A stretch of 64,000 nt of DNA from Dimorphilus gyrociliatus (lineage: Eukaryota > Animalia > Annelida). Below the pieces are notes generated by a model. It was not told the DNA's origin, did not search any database, and saw nothing but the letters and a program-made list of their open reading frames with translations. The stretch lies in NCBI GenBank assembly GCA_904063045.1, contig CAJFCJ010000018.1, forward strand, positions 434,001-498,000. Direction: 5' to 3'. This document shows positions 51,658 to 62,700 of the stretch, piece after piece. The stretch's first letter is position 1, and each line of letters starts with the position of its first letter. The translations under genes and the position numbers were made by a program.

Positions 51658-52488
51658 ATGTTTCAACAACTTTCAGAGAAAACTTCACCAATGCTGTCTT
51701 CTTGGCTCTTAGATAAAGAGAGTGATCGCGAAAAAGCGTTCTTCTTTGACGATAACTTGGAGGGAAATGATCAGGTGAGATTTTCTCCAGACTATAGTCA
51801 AATCATGGATAGCACTTTCTCAATCGACACGAATCTGTTATCAGATTTATCCGATTTGAGTGAACTTATCCAAGAGAATGAAGAACCTATCAACTCTATA
51901 GAAATTGATGCGAAAACGTCATCTAATGTACTTTCTAAGGGCAGTGTAAGTGTAGTACCTGAAGACGGTTTGTACAAAAAAGAAACCGAGCCTAAAACTT
52001 TAGCAATTAAGGAGCTATCACAATGTGAACTATTAAGAAAACAAGAAGTTCCTGAAAATGAGGTATCCAAAAACCTTAACAAGGCTGCTATTCAAGCAAA
52101 GGTTAATAGAGAAAAGAAAAAGAAATATATCAAGGAACTGGAAGAAGAAACCAACAGACTAAGAAAGGAAAATTCCATTCTAAGATCAAAGGAGAAAAAA
52201 TCAGAAAAGTCGATTAATATTATGGAAAAAGAAATTCTATATCTTAGATCCGTACTAGAAAACGACAGTCAACTAGCAAATATTATTTCAAACCTCAACC
52301 AACCAGTTAGATTGACTAATTCTTTCGAAGTTTCCAAGAGAGTAATTGAAGAGGATCACGATTATGGAGTATCAGCAAAACGAAGGAGAGTGACCAAAGC
52401 AAACGGTGGAGTTTGTTTGCATGTACAAAGTGGCGATATTAGTTTAGAATTATGTAGCAGATGCTCAGAATTGTCAAATATTTCTTAA
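51658..52488 (+). CDS. CREBZF: CREBZF/Zhangfei-like bZIP transcription factor, single exon
   Basis: bZIP NKAAIQAKVNREKKKKYIKELEE..L..EN, HCF-binding-like DHDY, and C-terminal GGVCLHV..ISLELCSRC. First ATG is at 51658; the ORF track starts at an upstream TTG. Confidence 0.85.
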   Translation: MFQQLSEKTSPMLSSWLLDKESDREKAFFFDDNLEGNDQVRFSPDYSQIMDSTFSIDTNLLSDLSDLSELIQENEEPINSIEIDAKTSSNVLSKGSVSVVPEDGLYKKETEPKTLAIKELSQCELLRKQEVPENEVSKNLNKAAIQAKVNREKKKKYIKELEEETNRLRKENSILRSKEKKSEKSINIMEKEILYLRSVLENDSQLANIISNLNQPVRLTNSFEVSKRVIEEDHDYGVSAKRRRVTKANGGVCLHVQSGDISLELCSRCSELSNIS

Positions 52489-53215
52489 CAAGTTATGGTC
52501 TCAAGAAAAACTAAAACCCCTTACACTTTTTATTATTCTTGTCCATATACTTTGTAATTTTTGATTTTTCAGAGGCTTTTTTTCAAACTTGAAATATATC
52601 AAATATAGTTACTGTTAAACACACATTTTTATGCGAGTTCTGATTTTTGCATTTTCTTCAGATCCTGTAGTGTTTTATTTTGACCTGACAGCAGAGGATA
52701 TAACATTTTATTAGGTAAGACTATTTTTACACAAATTTAGGAAATTTGTTCTTCTGTAGTTTAATCCAATGTTTTTATCTATAGCTATAGCAAAGTACGA
52801 AATATTCTCGTCTGGGAGTAGAAATGCTGAGCAAATAATTTTCTCGTGAAAACTTAGTGTACTATTAGCAACATGTTTAGAAAGAATCCGTTCTGGACCG
52901 CAAATGAAATACACTGGGAATCAGCCCAAGAGACATCCCTGAGGTTGCTAAAAAATCTTTAAAAATTTAAGATCTAAAACTTTAACATGTAGAAATGTAA
53001 TTTCACTTTTTATAAAAGAGAAATCGCTTTAAGAACAGGATATCTGGCCAAAAATTAAATAATTTTGAGAAAAATTTATTTTTCACAATTTCAAGAGTGA
53101 CGTCTTCCTCCTTTAAAGCCAACTCTTCGCCGTTATATAAAAGAAAATCTTAGTTACTAATCAGCCATGCTAAAATGTCTTTCCAAGTGGAAAACTTTAT
53201 CAGTTTGTTTTGCTT

Positions 53216-54619
53216 TTAGAAACCAGATGGCGTTCTAATTTGAGAGTAACTCTTTCCGCATTTTATTATGTTTTTACATTCAAGAGATTCTGGATCATTA
53301 TCATAATCTTCTTGACTGTTTGCATGAGCTATGTAACGATTTTTGTAAATAAAATTAATTGAGTTTTTGATTCGATAGTTATCCCATAATTACTCTGTGA
53401 AATAGATGGGAAAGATAACTTATGGCTCTCTAGAGTTTTTATATAATTATTCAATTGATTAGCTACAGAATTATTCTTTGAGCTAATCCGACCTAAGTGT
53501 AGTATATTATAGTTACAAATTTTCTTAATAGTATATAATGAGGTTTTTATTTTAAACATATAAAAGTATTATCAGTTTGTTTAACACGACTATTTCTCAA
53601 TTTTTCGTTGAGGCTTTTTTTTCCATTACCAAGTAAAACTCAGGCTAAACTACCATCAGGTAGCATTCTATCTACAGGCTTACAACTGTTCCGCATTCTT
53701 TACTGCTAGAAAGTTGAATTACTAACAGTTTCGAAACGCAAAAAATAGGATGTTGTTTATCTAGCTCGATTCCTGTAAGAAAATGCAGGCTTTAATTAGT
53801 TGAACAGCCCTTGTTTTTTTAAATTTTTATTTCTACATTTGATTTAAAATTGATTTTTTAGACAACCAAAAACAGATTATGCAAACGTCTTCTCTATCAA
53901 AGAAAGCTGATTGTTGACTCTCTAATGTGAAATATTATAAACTGTTTAAGTTATTTATTGATTCATTGCCGAATAATGACAGAGCAGGTAAACACAAGCT
54001 TTGAAAGAACAGGCCAGTGGCTTTTTAAGATAGAAATCATAAAGGAAATTCTAATTCGCTATTAAACACTTCAAAAAAGCTTAATTTAACCATTGAAATT
54101 TTTTTACTAGTCCTTAATGAGGAGAGCTTTTATTTCTTCTTATTCGTTTTGTTTTATATAATTACCAATAAAGAATGAAAGCAATGCTCCCTTAACTGCA
54201 AGCAGAGAAATGGTACAAAATGGACCTGTGGAATGCGAGTTGCTTTAAAAAAAAGATATCCGATTTATAGGCTAAGAAGTAAATATAGAATATATAAGAT
54301 CTTTTTAGTCGAAGTTACGAAAATATCAGAATCAAATATTTTTCTTTTATTTATTGTTTAGAGTCACAAAGTGGTAGAAAAAGTTGACAAAAACAATGTT
54401 AGAAAGTAGAAAATCTAAAAGTTGCTTGCATGACGAGTTCCGACCCAGCGTTTCCCAGGACGACGTTCAAACATGTATGGAAGTTAATAAATAAATTAGT
54501 ATCTATAGGCTTTATATGTGGTTCACAATAGGAACGAGTGTGTACTATCGACCGTTTAAGTATAAATTAAGTTGCATATGGAATAGATTCACTTACATTG
54601 CATGATTGATCGTCTCCAT
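53216..54619 (-). CDS. Tentative multi-exon gene of unknown product
   Basis: A phase-consistent model can be built by hand: METINHA|INSHSTGPFCTISLLAVKGALLSFFI|..|IELDKQHPIFCVSKLL..|..|RISSKNNSVANQ..|HANSQEDYDNDPESLECK..GF*. Some splice sites are strong (GTAAGT near 54595, TTTTCTTACAG near 53775) but several are weak, and no family is recognised. Confidence 0.25.
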
Positions 54620-55871
54620 TTTGAATTTTTATTTCTCAAGTCTTCTTGTTAAACCAAATTTGGGAGAGGCGAGCAGATATAAATATGTAGAGAAAGGATT
54701 AAAATTTGAGCCAAATCGATTTTCGAAACAATACCGTCAACATATTGAACAGGCAAAGCAGCAATTCAAATAGAGGAATATTTTAGTTAAAGGTGCGGTG
54801 GCGTCTTAAGTTCTTTAAGGGAGGATTATTTTCAAATTTAAATTTTTTGCCTTCAGTTATGAATCGCCGATTGTTCTGTTTATCCTACATAGTCTCAGGT
54901 ATTCAAAAAATTAGTTTATCAATGTAAATCACGTGACCTTTCTAGAAAAGCTTGCTGACCCTGCTCGCGATCATTTTGAAAAACAATGCACGATTTTCGA
55001 ATAGATCTTACTATCTGTCGAATGAAGATAAGGTTAATTCAATAGGCCTGTATCCTAGTGCGTAGCGAACTGAGAAAAAAATGTTACTATAGCAACAGGT
55101 TTGTCCAATCCGCTCTTGTAGAAAGCCACGTGACTTTTCACGGTCTTTCACATTCAACTAAAAAATATTATCGAGCGAGAAAAATTCGTACGAAATGGTT
55201 GGAGAAATCTAGATTAGAGAGTGCTGAAGGCTATCTAGTATATAGGTTTGCAGATGTTTGGCGCGCGCTATAAAGTATTTAAATATATGAACTTACTGAA
55301 GAAAATGATACAATTGGAGTTTTTGAGGACAGTTTTAGGTCAGTACCTCACGTATTAATAATGTAAACAAAACTTCGACAGATGCGTACTCCGAACTATT
55401 TAATTGAAATCAAAAACCGCTTGTAGAAGTATACCGCAAAATGCTGCAATCTACTCCTTTCTTTTTTATCCTACTTTCTATTACTCTCTCTTGCTCTTAA
55501 TTTCTTCCTCTTGGGTTCTTGTTTTCTTGTTGAGCAATTTTACTTGAGGTCATGGCGTAAAATTTCCTCTTCCCGAAAGTCTACCTCAAGGTCGTCCATC
55601 CATGGATAGCTTTAAATTGCTTGATATAAGGGCCTCTATTCCAGACCGGTTGTTTCCTCGATAAATACGCCTCTTTTCCTAACGAAGAAAGTTGAAAAGG
55701 GATAAAAACGGCGAAAGATCAACGAGCCATACGGTTTTTAATTAATGATAAGGCTGTTGAAAAGCTTAAACGTTTACAGATATTGAAGTAGATGTAGCTA
55801 ATTAATTTCTGTTCTTCAACACTTGCTGAGCGGTTCCAGTAGTACGCTCTAGATGATGCATCATTACAAGA

Positions 55872-56534
55872 ATGAGGATTGTCACCGAACTCTACTCAGG
55901 TGACATTGTAGTTACCAGAATTATTTGATAAAATATGAAATACTTGATATAAAATAAAAAATAGCAATCATAACCCATTTTTCAAAACTCTGTATATACT
56001 TTTGAAAATTTCTATTACCTATAAATCAGTCATTTTGCGCAGCAGTTATCGCTGGCTGTCTAGCCATATCGACCAACGAATGTTCGGCTGAGAATGAACC
56101 CGTTGAGTGCTACGAATGTTCTACTATTGATGGTACTTCCAAAGACTGTGGTGATCCATTTAACGCTACTTCGACGGAAGTTCGATTAACAAAGTGTGAA
56201 GGAGCCTGTGTAAAATGGGTCGTTCACCCTGTTGGAGGTTTGCTTTATTACATTACAAATTACAATTAGCAATATTTTTTTAATAGGAGAAAGAAATTAT
56301 GTTCGGACTTGTTCTACAACCAAAACGATTCAGTTCAAAATCACCATAGCTCTTGTCTGTATGAAAGAGAGTCGATCGGGCGATGGAGAGTTATGTTTTT
56401 GCAGGGAGAATTTGTGTAATCGAGCTAATTCTACTCGAAGCCGTCCTCAGATTGTTCTTTTACCTCTCCTGATAACGCTGTTCCTCCAGCGACCATCTCG
56501 AGCGCCATCTGTTGCTTTTCACACATACAGCTAG
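55872..56534 (+). CDS. Quiver/sleepless-like Ly6 (three-finger) protein, 3 exons
   Basis: Signal MRIVTELYS|AVIAGCLAIS, VECYECST..DCGDPFN..CEGACVKW, |YVRTCS..VCMKESRSGDGELCFCRENLCN, then a hydrophobic C-terminal segment. Confidence 0.88.
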
Positions 56535-56915
56535 TGCACTTGCACGAATTCTTTCTTTACTTATATTTTCTATTTTTTATCACGAATATGAACCACGTTA
56601 GACTTGAAAAAAAAACAAGGATTCATCTGTTTGGATATATAAATGCGTATGAAGTATATCTCTTATATAATTTTTGTTAACTGGCCTTTTGGCCCCGAAG
56701 TAAAATCCAATAAATGGATTACATAAGATGTCTCAGGAGTTTTTCACATTGCAAATACTGTATAACGTACGGAGGAATGGTATTTATTGCTGAGAGACAG
56801 AAAAACTGTTATATTTACACGTGTCTAAACGAAATCACATATTTGCAGAGGATAAAAGTCAAAAAAAGAGCAAAGAGTAACTTTCTAGGAACTACATAAT
56901 ATATAATATGGTAAT

Positions 56916-58433
56916 TTAAAGAATGCATTTTGTATCGTAGTGAATTCGGTCGCACATTTTTCTAGGTTTTCTTCTAAAGAAGGTGACTACTTGACAGCAT
57001 AACCTGTCATTCTCGTCAGTGGTGTCCTTGCAATCATCATCCGTTTCACAATCAGCGCCTAGTACATTAATATAATGGAAAATATTTTAAAGGAGAGAGT
57101 AGTTCTTACCTATGTCTCCACTTTTTCTTCCAGTCTCGGGAACATGAGAATGATGCTGAGAGGGATATCTAGCCAAGCAATACTTTTCCCTATTTGGACC
57201 CAAGGGAACACACCGAACACCTGGCCCACATTCTCCACTGTCACTACATGGGTTTAAATCTTTTTCTTTCATGCAATTTCCTGGACTTTCGGGATGCGAA
57301 TCTGCAAGTTTATTAGCTCGTGAATTGCAAGGATAAGAAACTTTGGTAGCGGCACCTAGTGATTGATTCAACTACTCATAATCAATGCTATTCTGACGCC
57401 ACCAAAGTCAAACGGCTAGTTATTCTATTTATCTAAAGTAATATCCAGAAGGAGCAAAATCCTCAGGGTATTCACAACGACGAATCGAGCATATCGCTTA
57501 TAAACTTGTATATATATATTTTTCTGTACTTCATAAAATCTTGTATGTGATAGCTTTAATAATAATAAAATTATTATTATAAAGATACTTAGAATTCCAT
57601 CATTTCTATCATTCAAGCGCTACTGAAATTAATAACCTCTAAATTCAATATATTGTATGTATTATTTTAAAGAAATTTTAATCACTTTGTTTTGTAGAAA
57701 CAAGCTTAGGCACTAATTTACTAGATAATTTTTCTATCTTTCATGGTCAAAAAATTCTCTTTCCAATGATTTGGCGTGATGGAATTCGTTATAATAAGTG
57801 CACAGAAGAACAACATTTCGAAAACTACGAATGAAATCTATAGAGCACAAAAGTAGGTACCGTCTTCCGTGTTGTCTGCGGTTTAGAGAAAAAGAGAAAT
57901 ATATAGACAGTCTTCAATAAATTATTCACATGAATATATGCTCATAATCAGTTCTGTATATATAATTTTACAGTGCAGAATATGTACTGTAGAATTGAAG
58001 CTGACAATAAATGCCTACAACGAACTCCATCAGTTTCTTTAAGAAGCATTTGTCATTATTGATTTGTTAAATTTTGTTTATTTGAAAAAGTTAAAGCTCA
58101 CTGTTTAATCTGTGATTTCAAAATATAAAAATCTCTTACCAATGAATTCGTCAAACGCCGCACATACGTAACCAGAACAACATCGACGAGTTGCGTAGCA
58201 TTTGTCTCCTGCTCCGCCACACTGTAATTCATAGTTTAGCAATCATGAAAAGATGATATATGCCCTAATGTCATGACTAATCAGAAAAATGCCAGACTAT
58301 GAGATTCAGTAAAACATCACTTGTTAACATTGCTAATTTTTTATGTTATTTAATTAGTTATTTTTTATTTTGATATTAAATATTAATTAAGTATACCAGA
58401 AACTGTAAAGAGACAAAAAAGGAACAAGCGCAT
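56916..58433 (-). CDS. Prohormone-3 / ITG-like cysteine-rich neuropeptide precursor, multi-exon (some small internal exons uncertain)
   Basis: Signal MRLFLFCLFTVS at 58433; exon CGGAGDKCYATRRCCSGYVC (58140-58222); PGNCMKEKDLNPCSDSGECGPGVRC..YC; last exon GADCETDDDCK..RLCCQ..RRKPRKMC..KCIL*. The Cys spacing parallels insect prohormone-3 as I recall it. Confidence 0.75.
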
Positions 58434-58848
58434 TGATATTGTTAACGAAGAATTCCCTAAAGCCCAACTGCACCAAATCGAGGGAGCGTACAGCATCTAA
58501 TTTGAATCAGTCAAGTTTTTTGCAGCTCCTTCTTTTGTAAGCATTTAGAGGGAATATTTCGGTTACAAGAAAAAACTGTACTGCAGATCTGTTTCTCGTA
58601 AAATGATACACAAATGGTAAAACTGCAAGAATCGAAGAACAGTGTAGCTGCACATCAATAACCGATAACGAGAGGAATGGGGAATAATCAATAAACACAA
58701 AGAAACCGCTTTCGTCCAGCATTCTTATAAATCGAATCAATTCGTACCGCTAGGCTTACAAATTTTTATAATTAAGTAAAATCGGATTTGGTCGTTTAAA
58801 TGTCTGAACTAGGTCGATCGACTTTTTCTTATATATCTGTATACGCAT

Positions 58849-58929
58849 TATATATATATATATATATATTATTATCTAATATATACAGTATATCCACTAA
58901 ACAATATATATATATATATACTGTATATA
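58849..58929. repeat. (TA)10 and (TA)8 microsatellites with a 13-bp inverted repeat
   Basis: TA runs at 58849-58868 and 58905-58920. TATATACAGTATA near 58881 is the reverse complement of TATACTGTATATA near 58917. Confidence 0.75.
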
Positions 58930-59767
58930 AATTTTATATATATATTGTCGGTCAAGTATAAAACCGAAATTGCGTGAGTTTCGATCGATGAATTAGATTA
59001 TCTAACTTCAAACGAATCGCGAAATGACTTGAAATTGACAGCAACGCCATGGCATCTCACAAATAAGCAATTAAGTAGAATTGACGGTAATTGAGATTTT
59101 ATTGACTTCCGAAACTAAACATACAAAAAAAAACAAATGAACGAACCCGACCACGTCGTCTTCTGTCGCTTGATGCTCCGACGCAGGACAAAACGACAAG
59201 AAAGTAGAAGATGTACAGTTGGAGCTTCTCCATCGCCAAATGACGTCGCGACGCCGCCTCATTATGCGCGCTCTCTACTAGTTCATATTTATGAAAAAAG
59301 GAAGGCGGAGGGGGGGAGGGTAGAAGTAGATCGACGTTATTTCACAAAGATATCCAGCATCAATAATTACAGAAATTAAAATAATAGAACAGTTAATTTT
59401 TTTTCATTGTTATGGCTTTAAATTTGAAAGCTTAAATAATGATTGTAAGAGTAATAGCTGCTTTGAAAAGTCACCTTCTTATACCCTTTAGAAAGAGGAC
59501 AAAATTTAGAAGAGAAGTGAAAGCAGATTTTTCATAATTCTTTTCTCTCTCATAATTTGAATTCATAATTTATGAATTAGCTACTCAGCAAAAATCCTAG
59601 CTCTGACCTAGCGACATCTGCTTGTGAGTTAAGTGATAAAAGTGTATTTTATACGAAATATCTGCGTATTTTATAACAAGTGAACGAGTACGAGCATGCA
59701 GGTAAAAACTGCAATATACAGTTGTAAAAATCGATATTTCGTCGTAAAACAGAGAGAAAAAGTAAGT

Positions 59768-62700
59768 TTAAAAATCAGTCGATAAAGGAGGGGGTTGTTC
59801 GGAGAACTCCTCGCTACTCGAACACTTTCGGCAGGTAGATAGGGAATGATTTGGAGATGATTTGTCAGATGGGTTGTCCGATAAACAGTGTTTTGAGCAA
59901 AGTGGACCACTGTTAGAGCAGAGAATATGTAACATTTTCATTATACTTTTCACGTCTGTTCTCAAGGAAGAAACCTCTTCGTGAAGTACATTAATTTGGG
60001 AATCTAAACGTCGTATGTCTGATTTTGAAGAATGGTGTGATGAACATTCAAACGTTAGATATTCTTTCTCATTTTCGTCAAGCTCTTCAAATGTTGCAAA
60101 GTCGTTTTTGTTGAATTTCTTTTCTTGAGGAATGGTATGAAGTTGGGGAGCGGTAAAGTAAGTTCGAAGATTCGTATCGCAGTGTGGAAATATTCCTCTC
60201 TTTTTTGTATTTGTCTCGTAACTCCTGCGGCGAGTGTTAGAGACCTCTAAGTCACTCGATAGCAATCTGTCATAATGAAAATACTGTCAATTGGAATCAG
60301 TTTCGCTATAACCACTAGATGGCAGACAGAAAATGTAAATTATATCTATTTTATAAGGATAGCATGAGATATTTAATCAATATGATTTAACGTTACTACT
60401 AGCGTAAATTATTGTTTACTTTGTTAAAACTTCTGCTTGTTTTTCCTCTTGTTGTGTATTATAGGTATTCCTGTTAACTGTAATTGCAGGCATAACAGTA
60501 CAGTCATCATCATCTTCTTCATCAACTTCTTCGTCATCTTCGGAAATCGATGGTAATGTCATCGAGAGACCACCATTTATTTCATTATCCTTTGAAAGAA
60601 AACATGAAAATAAAACTCCTAGATTAAATATTTGTATATGCTCTGCTACTTACAGCATTTTCCATTTCTTCTTTAAGATTATATGTCAAATCGTGTTGAA
60701 TATCTTCTTCAAACTTCTCAACAAATTCCGGATAGACATCCATCAAAGACTGTAAACCTTTCAAGGATAGACATTGTAAATCGCAGTATGTTAAAGACTT
60801 AACGTCGCAGCCGCTTTTAACAATTGCCTTCTTGATGTCAGACAAATGACAGCCAAAGAGGTCCCCTTTTCCTAAAATTGCCACTACCATGCCTTGTTTT
60901 AGAATTTCCATGCTTCCAGAAGAAACGAAAAATATACTCTGAACAGCATCGCCTTTATGAATTAAATATTCTCCAGGGCCACAGAAAACTGTTTTAATTT
61001 GTTGGGCAACAGTTTTAAGACATCCTTGACATGCATTTTCAAACACCGGTAAAGATAATATATCTCTATGAAGATGCATAGAGATGTCTCCTCTCATCTC
61101 TTCAGGGAAATCTTTGAGGATAGAATCCAAGTCGATACCGTTGTTCAATGACCAGCTTGTCTGAAAGAATTCTTGCATTCGAGTCTTTAATGGTTTCGTA
61201 ATATGGTGCGCTCTGATGAAGTCCTTCAAATCTTGTGTTTTTGTATGGTATGTGGTTCGCCGAGCATACATTCGTTGGATGATGGCCGTAACATTACCAA
61301 AGACAAGGGCGTGCATCAGAGCTAAAAATAAAAGCTTATGTAAAAATATAGCAAGAGCTCTGCTTGGTACACACCCCCTATTAGCATTGCAATAATGCTA
61401 AACACTTTTTCTGCATTTGTATTAGCCGAGACGTTACCAAAGCCAACACTCGTTAGCGACGTGCAGGTAAAGTAGAGAGCGGAAATATATGCAGTTCCCT
61501 TAGAGGGAATCTTAAATGTATTGTTTACAACCGGTTCGTCTAGTTTTTCACTAAGCTGGTATAACCATCCATTATTACTAGATTCTTTTATACCAATATA
61601 GTACCAAATGCAGGCCAGCCAATGAGCCAAAACGCTAAACATAGCCATCAGTAAAGTGAGCACCACGAAACTGTATTGTGAATATCTATCTAATTTCTGC
61701 ATGAGTCTCGCAAGACGCAGCAGTCTCGCCACTTTAAGCAAGTGAATTAGTGTTCCCTGTTAGACAAAAAGCGAATTTCTCATCAAAATTTAGAAAAGGC
61801 GGATATTGACAACTTTATATAGATATGGACAAGAGCTTGTGCAAATTATTAGTCAGTGCTTTGGATTAGAAGATTGCACTTATGAGGAGGGGTAAAAATT
61901 CTGCAGAAAAAGATTTGAAAACAATTTCTATAAAATCCTTGTACTAAACGAAAATATCACGATGTTTGATGTAAATAGAACAAACATATATGATTAAGTA
62001 GACTATGAATATGTACAAAGATGCAATATCTTAAGGTAGATGTAACTAAATTAATTATTTGTGTACAATGTGCTAATTTCCTATAAGTTGCTTATACCTT
62101 TGAATAGACCTGAAAAAATTAAACTATTCATATAATTACTAGACTTAGCAAGCCTATTCTTTTCATTACGGAGAATAAGAAAGAAGAAGTAGTGTGATAT
62201 TATTCATTACATAATTGATTATAATTATTATTTTTAAGGTATATACTCAAGAAAGTTTTGAGAAACAGTTAAGATTATAAGTTATGAATTTCAATTTTTT
62301 CTTTAAAATTCATGATCATGAATAACCTTCATGTCTAAAATGGCGAATAGGACAAACAAGCTTTAACTGATTGAAGTATTTTACCTTTCGAAACAGAGAA
62401 GGTTATTTGAAGAAATGAATAGCATCCATAGATTTTATAAAATTATCATTGAATAAAGAAACTTACAGTGTTAACTTGGAAAGCGTAAAGCAGATCAAAC
62501 GGAATTGCTGCAAGCAAGTCTAACAGGAATAAACCACGTAAATAATTTATGGCAATTAATTTCGGTTCGTACACCACTTGACCACTCTTGCTCACATAGG
62601 TTGTTCGAAAGTTAAGAATGATATCTAAAATTTTTAAGACAAATATGTAGTATTTTGTCTGACCTAGACGTTATAATTAGAATTAAGAAATTCATATTTC

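Noticed and set aside
51485-55135. Repeated CACGTGAC E-box/CLEAR-like motifs near 51485, 54930 and 55127
   Set aside because: Short motifs with no defined TSS nearby; they cannot be told from chance or assigned to a gene.
55441-55500. 19-aa signal-peptide-like uORF MLQSTPFFFILLSITLSCS*
   Set aside because: Explained by a pyrimidine-rich tract; it ends in a stop with no usable continuation.
59071-59379. Overlapping 63-aa and 80-aa ORFs in a GC-richer patch
   Set aside because: No homology or splice context. More likely promoter or UTR sequence between prohormone-3 and the KCNH 3' end.
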